Under the pieces are notes generated by a model that saw nothing but the letters and a program-made list of their open reading frames with translations, ran no database searches and was not told the DNA's origin. From Gigantopelta aegis (taxonomy: Eukaryota), in NCBI RefSeq assembly GCF_016097555.1, contig NC_054701.1, forward strand, positions 67,288,366 through 67,352,365: a stretch of 64,000 nucleotides of DNA. Reading direction: 5' to 3'. Both the position numbers and the translations under genes were made by a program. Of the stretch, positions 1 through 12,793 are shown one piece after another; the stretch's first letter is position 1; every line of letters starts with the position of its first letter.

Positions 1-94
1 ACCATGTGGCCACATTCCAGCAACACACAGTCGATCGTGGCGTCCATACATATCTTACACAGATCATGCTCTTCAGAATGCAGCACGTGCGTTT
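1..94 (-). CDS. RING-finger exon of an RNF34/RFFL-type (CARP) E3 ubiquitin ligase. It is partial and continues beyond the window start. Reads (E)[31 protein letters not shown].
   Basis: Minus-strand translation reproduces the CARP RING start (human RNF34 [29 protein letters not shown]). Acceptor tttcAG is at plus 95-100. Phase 1 matches the donor of the upstream exon. Confidence 0.85.
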
Positions 95-372
95 CTGAAA
101 ATATATATAAAAAAGGGTTTGTTTAACAATACCACACTGATTAATAATAATCAACTATTGGATATTGAATATTTGGTCATTGTGATACGCAGTCAAAAGG
201 AAATCCACTACATGTTTCCATTAACAGAATAGGATCTTTTATATACACTTTCCCACAGACAGAACATCCCATACCATAGCCTTTGATATACTACTTATCA
301 GACACTGGCTGGGACGGAAAAGCCTTAGCTGTCATATTGACGATATTCCCGGGACAATACACAGCCAACAGT

Positions 373-703
373 TAAAGTTTGTTTTGTTTAACAACACCAC
401 TAGAGCATACTGATTTATTAATCATCGGCTACTGGATGTCAAACATTTGGTAATTCTGACATATAATCTTAGAGAGGAAACCTGCCACATTTTTCTATTA
501 GTAGCAAGGAATCTTTTATATGCACCATCCCACAGACAGGATAGCACATGCCATGGCCTTTGATATATAAGTCGTGGTGCATTGGCTGGAATGAGAAATA
601 ACCCAATGAGCCCACCGACATGGATTGATCCTAGAGTGACCACATATTAGGTCGAGCTCTTTACCACTGGGCTACGTCCTGTCCCTGTTCATGTCAAGAG
701 AGG
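373..703 (-). mobile_element. tRNA-derived SINE, family A (tRNA-like head, conserved core GGATAGCACATACCATGGCCTTTGATATACCAG, tail type A ending TTAAACAAAACAAAC)
   Basis: The head carries A-box-like TAGCCCAGTGGTAAAG and B-box-like GGATCAATCC. Many near-identical copies in the window. Confidence 0.85.
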
Positions 704-1454
704 AACCACTGCAGGTTTCAATTATGACATCACAAAATTGAAATCACACATTAAACGGCTGAACTAGGATTATTTTGCTTTAAGAAAAGAAAAAAAGTAG
801 ATAAATTAATTTGAAAACTTTCAACTAAAATAATATGATTTCTTATAAAAAGGCACTGTATTTTGTTTATGGCACAGATTTGATTACATAATTTCAAACA
901 GCATAGGTGTATGTTGATTCTGATGTACATGTATGTATAAGGGAGTAGGAATAATAATCAAAACATCTTACCAGGCAACGAAGAAACTTTATGAATTCTC
1001 TCAGCTGAAACAAACAAATCATTTGGTTAAATTTCGTTGTTAAAAACATTCGACTCTGTTGTAACCAACCCATATTTTAATGATAGATCTAGGTATGGAA
1101 TGGCACTTTACAGGTGTGTGGGTGTAAACTAGAATTGGCCCCGAACCTTTTAGGTTGCCCTTATCTTTGCACGTGCACTATGAGTAGCATAAATGAGCAT
1201 AAAGGTTGGAGAAAACAATCACATACATAGATGAAACCACTTATCGCACTATAAGCCGTCTCAAACATTTCACACCTTATATACCTATGATGACTGTCAT
1301 GCTACACTGCGTTAGACAGTAGGTAGTTATTAAAAAAAAAAAAAGGTAGTTTTTAATGTTTCACTGAAAAAAATAAAGAAAACATTTACAAGATATTATG
1401 CCTGAAAATTTTTAATGAATAGGCATGAATGTTGACTGATGTCCTTCTTCGCTC

Positions 1455-1800
1455 AGTCAGATGAGTACTCGCCTGAAGATCGAACCACCTCGGTGGATCC
1501 ATTCGACTGATTGGGGTTTTTCTCGTTCCAACCAGTGCACCACAACTGGTCAAAGGCTGTAATATGTGCTTTCCTGTTTGTGGGAAGGTGCATATAAAAG
1601 AACCCTTACTGCACTAGGAAAAATGTAGCAGGTTTCCTCTGATGACTACGAGTCAGAATTACTAAATGTATGACGTCCAATAGCCGATGATTAATTAATC
1701 AATGTGCTCTAGTGGTGTTGTTAAACAAAACAATTTCTTTACAATAGCTGAAGATTAATGAATCAATGTGCTCTAGTGGTGTCGTTAAACAAAACAAACT
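1455..1800 (+). mobile_element. SINE family A copy with a divergent head. Its 3' tail is locally duplicated across 1690-1800.
   Basis: Core and tail A sequence. The 60-bp tail segment TGATTAATTAATCAATGTGCTCTAGTGGTGT.GTTAAACAAAAC is repeated twice. Confidence 0.7.
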
Positions 1801-1917
1801 TTCCACCACTGCCATCAGAAAAGTAATACCTATATCTCACCTATTTAGTTTTTAAAGAAGAGACAATTTTTTTTTTTTTTAAATTGTTAGAAGGTCATAT
1901 GACAAGATAACAGGAAG

Positions 1918-2236
1918 GAAATGTTTTGTTTAACGATGCACTCAACACATTTTATTTACAGTTATATGGTGTCGGACATATGGCTAAAGACCACACAGAT
2001 ATTGAGAGAGGAAACCCGCTGTCGCCACTTCATGGGCTACTCTTTTCGATTAGCAGCAAGGGATCTTTTATATGCACCATCCCACAGACAGGATAGTACA
2101 TACCACGGTCTTTGTTACACCAGTTGTGGAGCACTGGCTGGAACGAAAAATAGCCCAATGGGTCCACCGACGGGGATCGATCCCACACCGACTGCGCATC
2201 AAGCAAGCGCTTTACCACTGGGCTACGTCTCGCCCC
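1918..2236 (-). mobile_element. SINE with tail type B (GTTAAATAAA..CATATGTCTGACGCCATATAACCGTAAATAAAATGTGTTGAGTGC)
   Basis: Full head, core and tail B. Ends 29 bp from the donor of the second SAP-like exon of the RNF34/RFFL-type gene. Confidence 0.85.
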
Positions 2237-2264
2237 TGACATATGACAAGATAACAGTCCCCAC

Positions 2265-2460
2265 CTTTTGCCTTGTTGTTCTGTTCTTCCTTCCAGAGCC
2301 GCTTCACCCGGTCCACGAGCTCGGCTTTCTCACAGCATCCCTTGTAGTCGACAAAGTTGTTAGCCAGAACTTCCTTCAGCTGGCGTGCGGTCAGGTTTCC
2401 TATATCATCGAGAGACGAAATCTTCTCAAGCTTCATGCGAGGAACTGGCTCACCATGAGT
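2265..2460 (-). CDS. Second SAP-like exon of the RNF34/RFFL-type gene: THGEPVPRMKLEKISSLDDIGNLTARQLKEVLANNFVDYKGCCEKAELVDRVKRLWKEEQNNKAK
   Basis: Strong match to RNF34 [56 protein letters not shown]. Minus-strand acceptor tttgtAG is at plus 2461-62. Donor GTgggg is at plus 2263-64. Length 196 nt, phase 0 to 1, linking in frame to the RING exon. Confidence 0.85.
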
Positions 2461-2620
2461 CTACAAATAAAAATGCACTAACTAACTAAATATTTTTAAA
2501 AGAGAAATATTCTCAAGCTTCATGCGAGGAACGAGTCAAAAAATAAAAATGCACTAACATCATTTAAAATAGAAATATTCTCAAGCTTCATGCGAGGAAC
2601 TGGCCTACCAAGAGTCTAAA
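2400..2620. repeat. Three tandem copies (70-90 bp) of a unit containing the acceptor site and start of the second SAP-like exon (..TTCTCAAGCTTCATGCGAGGAAC..)
   Basis: The motif recurs at 2417, 2508 and 2578. Only the copy at 2417 continues into the exon. Confidence 0.75.
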
Positions 2621-2713
2621 AATAAAAATGCACTAACCACATTTAAAATTTTAAAACAGACAAACACTCTACATATCTACAAATTGGCTAAACAAGCACA
2701 GTGACAGCAAGTA

Positions 2714-3090
2714 ACAGGGCTCACCCTGGATCAAAAATACCTGTAGCCAAAATATTAGCCAAATGGAATTTTCATTAGCCATATTGAAAATGCTTTAGCC
2801 AAATTTGTTTTACGCAGTACTGTATAGAGTATTTATATATGAATATGAAAATGTATCTTTTTCAGCTAATTGTGTACAAACTGGAATAAATAGGAATAAC
2901 AAAACCTTAATGGGGGTAGGGGCAGTTAATATATTACTTCGATTTTGTTTCAGCGGGGGTGGGGTTGGGATGGGGTTAAGCAATATCTTCAGAGTCTGAA
3001 GCCAGTACCCCATACACCCACCCCCACTTCTAAGGCCTATGACATTAAATTAACAAATGTACAGAAATATGGGTGGGTGGGTGGATGTTT
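2714..3090 (+). repeat. Dispersed repeat family of about 370 bp (GGCTCACCCTGGATCAAAAATACCTGTAGCCAAAATATTAGCCAAATGG...)
   Basis: A reverse-complement paralogue lies at 20300-20662, inserted in a SINE. Fragments at 4420-4500 and 8995-9070. Confidence 0.7.
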
Positions 3091-3151
3091 ATGGATGGTG
3101 TTTTTTCTTTCTTCCTTTTTTCCCCAAAGAAATATTTGAGAGCTTTTTTTT

Positions 3152-3157
<6 letters not shown>

Positions 3158-3225
<68 letters not shown>

Positions 3226-3226
3226 C
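3158..3226. repeat. (TA)n microsatellite of about 34 units, followed by a T-run at 3292-3322
   Basis: Read directly. Confidence 0.95.
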
Positions 3227-5699
3227 TCATTATTTCTTTAAATAGCAATCTTTATGTTACTTTGAATAACTTCTTTTAAAATTATTATTATTATTATTTT
3301 TTTTTTTTTTTTTTTTTTTTTAAGTGACCCATCAATTCCCCACCCCATGTATGTGCCATGTTGTTGCTGTTGATTTCAGCGTCGTGTTAAATGCTTGTTG
3401 TGATTTCTGCTTACAAAATACCTCAGCTAAGAATGCCGACTTCACCACAGTATACTCCATTTATTAAAAAACCCCAACAAAAAAACAAAAACAAAACCCC
3501 CAACAACAAATCCTTTCATAAAATAAAAATTTACAGTCTTTATAAAATCCAGCTAACTTATTAAATGTCACCTCACAGTCTTACAAATTTATATCTAAAA
3601 TTATCTAACAAATATGATTACTGTAAAATTTTATTCAGTGTACATTTAACTGCAATTTGTATAATTTAAATACTGCATGTTCATTTCCGGCGATCATGAT
3701 CTGCATGCGTGCTCTCGACCATGGGTACGAAACTAAAAAAGATAAAGGAATAAACAAAAACTGCAGTTAGGTATTCATTGATGTGAATAACTATTGTTTT
3801 TCTACAAATTTACATAAAGATTCATTTTTGCGTAATCGTATTGTTTAATGGCCGCAACGATGTCTCTTGACACGCGGGTATCAGCTGACTCTGAAGCGTG
3901 ACGTATGTTCGCGCCAAGAGCTGTCCTCAGTTCAGCCAACGAACGTTCTTCCTAACGTTCGCTAACTATTTGATTGGTGTTCGTCGTGTCCATTTGGTTT
4001 AACGTGAAGCGCACAAACCAGTCTAAACAACGTTTTGTTTTCGCTCGGTCTGGCTGAACTCAGACCTTGAGATGGCCTACATGTCTTTTGGCCCTGAACT
4101 GGCATGTGTAATTCAAATTGACACGCATTGTGGGTCTGTTTTTATTACTTTGGTTCATAGATTTTACAAAGTAAATAAACAAGTTACAGATCTTCCAGAC
4201 ATTGCTGTCATACATGTTGATGCATGCCTTTAAAATTAATAACCGTGATTATTAAAATAAGCATACATTATCAGGCCTACGCTGTATTCAGCATGGCACC
4301 GTTTCTCGTTACCGGTCGCGAGATCGCTATTACGCTAATTGAATATTTGGTAGTATTATTATGTTTGAGGTGTCGGATAGATTATGTAACCGTTTGTTCA
4401 CATCAGAAGACAGAAAATGGCTTAGCCAAAATTTTAGCCACTTGCAAATTTTATTAGCCATTTTTTGTAAAAATTAGCCCATGGCTAATTTGGCTACCGA
4501 CAGCGCGAGCCCTGAAGTAGACATTTGGAGGGGAGGGGAGGGGAGTTGACTGAGATCGAGGGCACAAAGCAAAGTTTCTAGTGGGTTTGGGGGCATGCTC
4601 CCCCATAAAATTTTGAAAATTAGATATCCTGAAATGCAATTTCCTGCATTCTGCAAGTAAAATTCATCTCTGCTGTAAGATTTACTACCAATAATATTTT
4701 TGATTCAGAATTATTTGGGGAGGGGGGGGATGGGCATGCCTGCTAATCCAAGTTTTTTCCCAGTGTAATCAATTCCAACAGACAATATTTTGGAGTGATA
4801 AGACAACATATAACAGGAACCAACAATCAGAACTTGTTCCGTCCAGTCATGATTTTCAGAAAGACAAGTTTTAACATTGAAAAAGATTTTTTGTTGGATT
4901 TTTTAAAGAAAAAAGCTATTTTATTTATTTATTCAAAATGTATGTCCCCTCCAACCCCCCCCCAAAAAAGCAGAAAAAATCCAAACTATATTTACAAACA
5001 AGAATTCCACAAGAGTAGTTGACAGAAGCTGACATCACTTCCCTCCCAAGCTAGAGTACTGGACGCGATGAAAACGAAACAAAATGGCTGCTTCTAGTTA
5101 GCAGGAATAATCATCTTTTTTTTATTCATAAGTGTACGAGACAGGGGGGCAGGCAACTGTGCCCCTAGTGCTGGAGCAAAATGTGCTAACCTGAGACCTT
5201 TTTACCATGTATTTTCATCATTCTACCCTTAAAATTAGGAGCATGTGCCCCCCTCTTTTCAGATATTTTGCTTTATATTTGCTTTATAATAGTGTAAAAG
5301 TGTGCACCCCCCCCCCCTTTTGGCACCTTCCTACGCCACTGCATATACGGTGCATATTTGAAGTGAGTGTCCCTTTAAACAACACACACCTCTGTTTCGT
5401 TGTCATGCAGTTCGTTAAACAAGCGAGTTTCTGCTTCTCTCATTTCCTGCTCTTGACGCTGACGAAGTCGATTCAAGTCACGCTGCCAAGTAAGACAATA
5501 AGTAATACTATAAGTAAGTAAGTAAGTAAGTAAGCAAATAAAATATTTCAAGTAAATTCGAAGAAGATGCAAGTCGCGCTGTCAAGTAAGACAATAAGTA
5601 ATACTATAAGTAACTAAATAAGTAACTAACTAAGTAAACAAGCAAGCAAGCAAAATATTCAAAGTAAATTAACTACATCATGCCCACCAGTAAAGTGTG

Positions 5700-5990
5700 T
5701 GATAGTCTATTAATACATTGTTTAATAACACCACTAGAGCACATCATCATCGGCTATTGGATATCAAACATTTGGTAAATCTGACATATAGTCTTAGAGA
5801 GGAAACCTGCTTATTTTTTCCATTAGTAGCAAGGAATCTTTTATATGCACCATCCCACAGACAGGACCGCACATACTACAGACTTTGATATACCAGTCGT
5901 GGAACACTGGCTGGAACAAGAGATAGCCCAATGGGGCCACTGACGGGGATTGCTCCTAGACCAACCATGCCTCAGGCAAGCACTTGAGGA
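5700..5990 (-). mobile_element. SINE family A. It forms a head-to-head inverted pair with the next copy.
   Basis: Tail A, core and partial head. Confidence 0.75.
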
Positions 5991-6262
5991 GTGCATTGTA
6001 TTGGTCTAGAATCGAACCCTCTCAGTGCACACATTCCCCGATTGTGTTTTCACCCATTCTAACCAGTGCCCCATGACTGGCATATTAAAAGATGTGGTAT
6101 ATCCTGTCCTGTCTGTGGGAAAGTGCATATAAAAGATCCCTTGCTTCTAATGGAACAATGTGGTAGACTATATGTCAGAATTACCAAATGTTTGACATTC
6201 AGTAGCTGATGATTAATAAATCAATGTGCTCTAGTGGTGTCATTAAACAAAACAAATTTTAT
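5990..6262 (+). mobile_element. SINE family A (partial head), inverted partner of the copy at 5700-5990
   Basis: Core and tail A ...GTGTCATTAAACAAAACAAA. Confidence 0.75.
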
Positions 6263-6424
6263 TTTATTTATTCAGTTAGATAGTGCTACAAAGTGTCACA
6301 TCAACTGAAGAAAGTAATATAATTAACATATTGTTTAACAATGGTATTTAAAAAAACTATTCTAAGTAATTATATCATGTTTAGTCTGCATTAAACAGTT
6401 ATAAAGGTGTGATGATGAAGAAGT

Positions 6425-6640
6425 TTGTTTTGTTTAATGACACCACTAGAGCATATTGATTTATTAATCATCAGTTATTGGATGTCAAACGTTTGGTCAT
6501 TTTGACATATAGTAGAAAAGAGGAAACCTGCTACATTTTTCCATTAGTAGCAAGGGCTCTTTTATATGCACCATCACAGACAGGATAGCACATACCACAG
6601 CCTTTGATATACCAGTCGTGTTGCACTAGCTGGTGTGTGA
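6425..6640 (-). mobile_element. SINE family A, 5'-truncated
   Basis: Tail A plus core. Confidence 0.7.
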
Positions 6641-7547
6641 TGATGAATGCAGGCCTGTAGGAACTGGGGTGGCACAGCCCCCTCCCCCCACACACTGAGG
6701 ATGAAAATGTGCATTCTTTGTCCTACTCTATATAAAAAAAATATAAACATTTGACTTGTGCCCTCTCCCCCCACCCCCCTACTAGAGGCTGTGACCGACT
6801 CACTAGAGATTGTGTCCCCAACTCCAGATATCATTCCTGTGGGCCTGTGGACATGTAACATAAACACAACCATACGGTACAAGCTCCTGTCACAATTATA
6901 GAGATTATTATACAAGCTTGTGTGTCGTACTGATTTTACAAAACGAATGTCAGGATTTTTGTATTGTCAGAGTGAGGATAATTCCAGAACCCCGACATGA
7001 CATGAGTTTTGTAAAATCAGTACGACTCACATTTCTTTCCTATTATTTTTTGGATTTTTTGTGGGTTTTTTTTAATGAATAACAAGAACCTCAAATTTTT
7101 CAACCACAAATAGGAGACGACGAAATGACGGCCATATTACACATGCACGGTCTGAACTAGGACTGGGTAAATGACATCATGTTATGATGTCACTTCCCAA
7201 AATTATGTCATTACATTTGTTATTACACAATGTGCTTTGTATGCTTTATATCAACTCGGTTGTGTTGAACCATAAGTATAATAAGTAAACAAAAGGACTG
7301 GAATGTGGAGACGACTGACAAAAGACGTTAAAAGATGGAAAGAGCTGTCAAGAATGAATTCAAAAGACACTGACCTCAAACAAGAGAAGTGTTAAGTGTT
7401 TTCTCTTTAATTAATACTTATCATGACCTCTGACCATGTGCATTCCCTCCCTTATCCACCTTACAGTCTGAACATTCAACAGCCGAATGGCTACGAAATC
7501 TTCCGATGTACACCTTCCTAAAGTCCGAACCAAATTGTTAACAACTA

Positions 7548-8137
7548 CAATAAATTACTCTCCTACCTTTAATTACCGTTACATTTCCCCAAAATTTTAT
7601 CCAGACACAAATTGTAAAAAACCCATTACAGTGACACAGATTCCACATATGAGACTGTAATGGTGTCGCCAGTACTGACTTCACTGAGATAGCACAGGCC
7701 AAAATACATGCAGTTTTCTGCCGTCTGCAATTTTGATTTTTTTTTATGGAATACACTTCATGAGGGGTCAAAGCCTCCAATGTATGTGACATAATTAATA
7801 TAAAATCAATGATCTCTAGTGGTATCATTAAAAAAAAAAAAAAAACCCAAAAAAACCCAATTAATATGACGTCATCATGTATGCTTTTATATCATAACAT
7901 GTTATGACGTTGCTAGATTAAGTCATATCCTTTCACCCCTCTTGGAGAATATTCCATATTCGAAATGGCAACCGGCACAAAATTACATGCTTTTTGCCCT
8001 ATGTGATCTTAGCGAAGTCGATATAGGTAACATCGTTATCATCTAGTATGTGGAATATGTGTCATTGTAATGGGTTTTTTCAAGATTTCTGTCTGGACAA
8101 AATGTGGGTAAAATCTAATGAAAAATAAAGGTAGGAG
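7548..8137. repeat. Large inverted repeat. Arms of about 150 bp (7548-7700 and 7985-8137) flank a 290-bp spacer.
   Basis: CTCCTACCTTTAATTACCGTTACATTTCCCCAAAATTTTATCCAGACA... is reverse-complementary to ...TGTCTGGACAAAATGTGGGTAAAATCTAATGAAAAATAAAGGTAGGAGAG. Confidence 0.7.
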
Positions 8138-9413
8138 AGCAATTTTTCGTAGTTGTTAATATTTTGGTTTGGACTTTAGTTCCGGTCACGTGACCTCAAC
8201 TTCCTTCTTTCTCCTTCGCTCTCATGGTTGAGGTGGGGAATACACAAGGTCAGAGGTCAGGATAGAGTATAAAGAAAAAATAAAACACATTTATGAGCTA
8301 CTCCTGTTACCGTATTTATTGCGGCTTCAGTTTGTTCTATTTCCTGTTCTTCATGCAGATGGTTTTCGGTGTCACCCATTCCTCTCGACTCCTGAGCATT
8401 TGACTGTCTCATACGTTGCTGTTAAAAAAATATTTTTGTTTCATTATTTGACAGATCTGGCTCCATTATCAACTGTTCAGTAAAGTTAATTTTTGAGTCT
8501 GATATTTCCATTCCAGGAGACAATATTTCAAAATGTTAGGTCACCTGAAGTCAGTTCATGTGAGTTTTACTTAGATAACCGATTGTTCGAGTACGTGAAT
8601 ATAGTTCTCGTAACCGACGATTTAGGCCTACCTAATCCTAAAAGACTTGAACTATGGTACAATGTTCTAATGTATTTAAAAACATAAACTGATTTTTACT
8701 TTCATTACTGATATATGGTACTTTTAATTTTAAAATGTAATTGCTCACCACATAATCGGATGGCGGTTCTCATGATTTTAAAGTTGCGTAACCAACAAGC
8801 GAACAGAACAACGGTTCTTGTGAAATATTGTTCCCTGCATTCAATACCAAATTAAAAATATATTATGTTTGCATGCATCCACACACACAAACAAAGTAAA
8901 AAATACCCATAAATTTATAAATTAGAAACATAATTTAATTTAATAACTTTTATATCTTGTTCAACATGAATTGATATCCACATTCATAGATGCAACTATA
9001 ACAGGGCTCACCTTGCACATAGACACTATAATTGCTAATTTTAATACATTTAGTATTTGGCTAATACAATTTTGTATATATTAAACACTTTTCAAAAATA
9101 CTCAAGAAAATACTCTATCTGAAAAGTAGTAACACAAAATTATGTTCAGGGTGAGTGGTGCTATGCCGATAAACCAAGTTTCACTGACCTAGGGTTTACA
9201 CTTTTTGAGAAAAAGACCTAAACACAAAAACGTAACAAGACAAAAACACTTGATAATACGTTGTTGCTTTTTGACCATATATTTTTTTTTTTTTAATATT
9301 TTACCTGGACTTTATAATATAATTCTTTTCTCTTGTTTTTACTTTGTTAAAAATAGACTACAGTAACATACTTTCCTCAATTTTTTTTTTCTTCAGTAAC
9401 AACAAATTAATGA

Positions 9414-9611
9414 TTATAATTTTATGTCAGTATAGTATGAACCCACAGCTAAATTTTCCACCATCCTTTCATGTTCTGACTGTTGCTGATTTTCAGGCAA
9501 CCGAGAGAAGTACTTGACGAGAAGGTCAACGAGGTCAATTTTCTCCCGACACATGCCTGTGGGAATGTTGTGGTGATCAAGAAAACATCTCATGTCCTTC
9601 ACCTTCCATTG
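9414..9611 (-). CDS. First SAP-like exon of the RNF34/RFFL-type gene: QWKVKDMRCFLDHHNIPTGMCREKIDLVDLLVKYFSRLPENQQQSEHE... The 3' (donor) boundary is not resolved.
   Basis: Matches RNF34 [38 protein letters not shown]. Minus-strand acceptor gttttcAG is at plus 9612-13. The open frame runs to a stop at plus 9414. The true donor probably lies within 9414-9460. Confidence 0.75.
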   Translation of the reverse strand, partial: QWKVKDMRCFLDHHNIPTGMCREKIDLVDLLVKYFSRLPENQQQSEHERMVENLAVGSYYTDIKL

Positions 9612-11039
9612 CTGAAAACATTCATAAAGAATATCCTATTATTGTTGCACTTACATAAATTATATACATGTAATTCAAGTTACTATAGTCCCGTCTTGGG
9701 ATTTTCGAAGCTAACTTAGCACTACAAAATCATAAAACGATCATCAGGGGTGGGAACTAGTGAACTGTAAAAAAGAGAAAATCTAGAGGGGTCCTGGAAA
9801 TTCTTAAAATCCTAGGTTAAAATCTGTGCCTCTAACACATTTTGGAGGAAAGAATGATTAAAAATGCGAAGAAATGCAATGTTCCATGAGAGGAAAACAG
9901 CTGATCCGAGGAGAATTCCCACCCCTGCATCATAGGCCATGACATCACTATAGTACATGCAATAGTGATGCCGTAGCTTAAGATGGTTTTATGATTTTGT
10001 AGAGGCAAGATAGCTTCGAAAATATGGGTCCAGTTCATTTCTTTAGAGTGAGTGAGTATTTTTAACATGCCCATATACCACTAAGGTTTCAGGCATGTCT
10101 GTCGCGGGCCAAGTCTCTGGATAGCCAGTGGCTTGGTCCAGAACAGAAATTCTTTAGAGCCTAATTTTTTCCCCTATTTTCTATAGTTATATTTAATTCC
10201 TATTTAATAGTAATACTTGTTTTCTTTACAAACACATGCAGGCTTACATACAAATATAACAGACCGTAAATGCCCCACTAGGTGGTTATGGGTTTTAAAT
10301 GTTTTGAAATTGGACACTGAATTTTATGTGCTTCAACAAATTTTAAACAGTAGTTCACTTACTATCTTCTATCTAAAACAGGGCTTCTATAATTTTTATA
10401 AAATCCACTAGCCATGGGATCAGTGATTAGTGAATATTTACTAGACACAATTAAAATTTCACTAGCACTACTTTACTTTAAAGTTAATTCAATTTTACTA
10501 ATAGTAATAATGTCGCATAAAGAGGGGGATAAGAGCTTTAAAAAAGTAAGATTGGGGGATGGGGGTGAGGGCAGGATATTCATCTTTACAAAAATATATT
10601 TCAATACAGCATTTGACAACGGTTATTGCACTAGATGTCAAGCATGGCAATAGTAGTTATTTACTAGCCCAACACTGAATATCACTAGCCATGGGATTGG
10701 GGCTACCATAATCTATAATCCCTGTCTAAAAAAAATAAAAATATATATCCATTAATTTTCAAGATTTTAGGGTACATAATTTTAACCCTGACATGAACAC
10801 AAACTCAAATACCAACAGTCTTCAAAATAATTCATCATCTATAGGTAAAAGGCAAAAGGTTCAGGCCCAAAAGAATTGAACAGGACTATAGTGTTAGTTA
10901 AAAGTAATAATAATACAGCAATGTTAAAAACTAAACTTACTATGCTGCAAAACACATAATATACTATGTAATAATATTCAGGACAGAATATCAGTTTAAC
11001 TCAAATAATTAAACTACAGCTACAAGTTGTCTCTAGCAA

Positions 11040-11145
11040 GGATGGTTTGACATTTGGTTGAGAGAGGGAGAGAGGGAGAGGGAGAGGGAGAGGGAGAGAG
11101 AGAGAGACAGAGACAGAGACAGACAGGGAGAATGTGAGATGGACG
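11040..11145. repeat. (GAGAGG)n/(GA)n/(GACAGA)n purine microsatellite
   Basis: Read directly. Confidence 0.9.
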
Positions 11146-11440
11146 AACCTGCTGTCGCCACACAGGTTACTAGTTAAACTGCTGCATATATTCAATAATA
11201 GAGATGTGTTTTCTGACACTTTAATATTAAGTGTTAATCTTAACAATAAAACTACAAACTTTAAGTGTTTTCATGTGAAACATTTACAAGCAGGTACTGT
11301 GCTTATAAAGCGTTTAGAGTCCTAGACTCAAGACTCTAACACAGTCTGAGACTTTAATGCCCTGGCAAAGCTATAAAAATGACATGCGTGTGACATCATT
11401 AGAGAGTTTTATAAGCACTGACACAGATCTGGACAAAACT

Positions 11441-11615
11441 CAGTGAAACCTCAAAACCAGACCCTCTGTAAACTGGAATTCCCTCAAAACCAGATGTTTT
11501 TCGCTGCCCCTTTTTAAATATCTGTACAAAAGAGAACCTCTCTAAACTGAATACTTCTTAAAAGCATACTTTTCACTTGGTCCCGAGGGTGTCCAGTTTA
11601 GAGGAGTTTCACAGT
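11441..11615. mobile_element. Diverged copy of the same MITE family
   Basis: CAGTGAAACCTCAAAACCAGA...CCAGTTTAGAGGAGTTTCAC. Confidence 0.65.
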
Positions 11616-11653
11616 ATAATGTTTTTAAAAAACAAATGCTATACTGTACATAT

Positions 11654-12650
11654 ATAGGGCAGTGACCCCAGTATTCGACCAGTGTATTTATTTAATTACC
11701 ATACTCGTTTAAACTGAATAGTATATAGATTTTCCCAATGTATTTTGAACATATGCGACAGGGTGAACATTCTTTCTTCCGGAAACACAATAGCAGACGA
11801 TAACCATGTGAATGAACGTAAGTATATATTCATCGACTATAGTGATAATATGAACGTCGGCCATTTTTATAGCATGCTATTACACCATCCAACATCCCGT
11901 GAACATTTGCAATACTTTTAATCCATTTGAAATCGTTGAAAATGTGTTTAATGTTTTTATTTATAAAATGGAGCTGGCAATGCAATGTAACCTCAGTCAT
12001 TATATAATTTCAATCATGTGACCACGTGATCAAATAATGACATATGATAGAGAGGGTTGCCTCAGTATTCGACCAACAGAAAACCTTGAGGATACTTTCC
12101 TAAAATAAATTCCCCAAAACCACAAATTTACTAATTTTATGTATTTTGGTGTTGTTTGTCAGGACTTACACAATTATGTTTTCTTTTATTTTCAGTCTAA
12201 TTTCATTATTTGTAAACTGAGATAGCACCAAAGAGACTGTTCACCAGAAAGTAATTATGCGTGTGTGAATGTGTTTATAAGCATGTGCGTGCGTGCGTGC
12301 GTAAATGCATGAATATGTGTTACAGTTGTTAAAATCAACACTTTTTGGATTTAGTTGTTTGATATATGCTGCATTTACTATAAAATAAACTTCAAAGTTT
12401 AGTTTTATTAGTTAATTAGAAAGTGGTCGAATACTGGGTCAGCTGTTCGAATATTGCATACTGTACCTTGCGGCACTCAAATCTACTCTAGTCGGCATAT
12501 ACCACATGAACAAAACTTGGGTCTATTCAATGAATAGCATTGCCAGTTAAGTATTTACAAAGAAAAACAGATATTAGCAAATGCCAAAAAAATTAACATG
12601 TTATAATCCTTTGTTTCTTAAGTGGTCGAATACTGGGGTCGTTGCCCTAT
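11654..12650. mobile_element. Non-coding TIR element of about 1 kb. TIRs are about 29 bp (ATAGGGCAGTGACCCCAGTATTCGACCAG). It contains a nested inner pair of the same TIRs at 12051-12443. Flanks are TA-rich, possibly a TA or TATA TSD.
   Basis: Left TIR at 11654. Right TIR at 12622-12650 (GTGGTCGAATACTGGGGTCGTTGCCCTAT). Inner TIR copies at 12051 (+) and 12422 (-). Confidence 0.65.
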
Positions 12651-12661
12651 TATATATTTAC

Positions 12662-12793
12662 CATTAGATCTTGACGAGAGAAGTTTCCCATCCCAAGAAT
12701 TCGGCACTTAGGGCATTTGCGGGGTTGAGGTAAAACTCCTTGCTTAGGGAGGCAGGTTGAGCAAAAGTAGCGAAGGCAGTCGTTACACAGTTT
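12662..12793 (-). CDS. FYVE-like zinc-finger exon of the RNF34/RFFL-type gene: KLCNDCLRYFCSTCLPKQGVLPQPRKCPKCRILGMGNFSRQDLM
   Basis: Cys spacing matches the CARP FYVE-like domain (RNF34 HVCCDCKKDFCSVCSVLQEN..RRCSTCHLL). Acceptor tattacAG is at plus 12794-95. Donor GTAAAT is at plus 12660-61. Length 132 nt, phase 0 to 0. Confidence 0.8.

Noticed and set aside
1921-2481. 186-aa ORF and similar ORFs at 45731-46021, 57720-58028, 422-643, 19866-20048 and 57253-57450 (recurring [29 protein letters not shown]...)
   Set aside because: These are frames through tRNA-derived SINE copies. The same peptide recurs wherever the SINE occurs, in both orientations, so it is not a gene.
3057-3279. ORFs reading YIYIYIYIY
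   Set aside because: They are translations of the (TA)n microsatellite.
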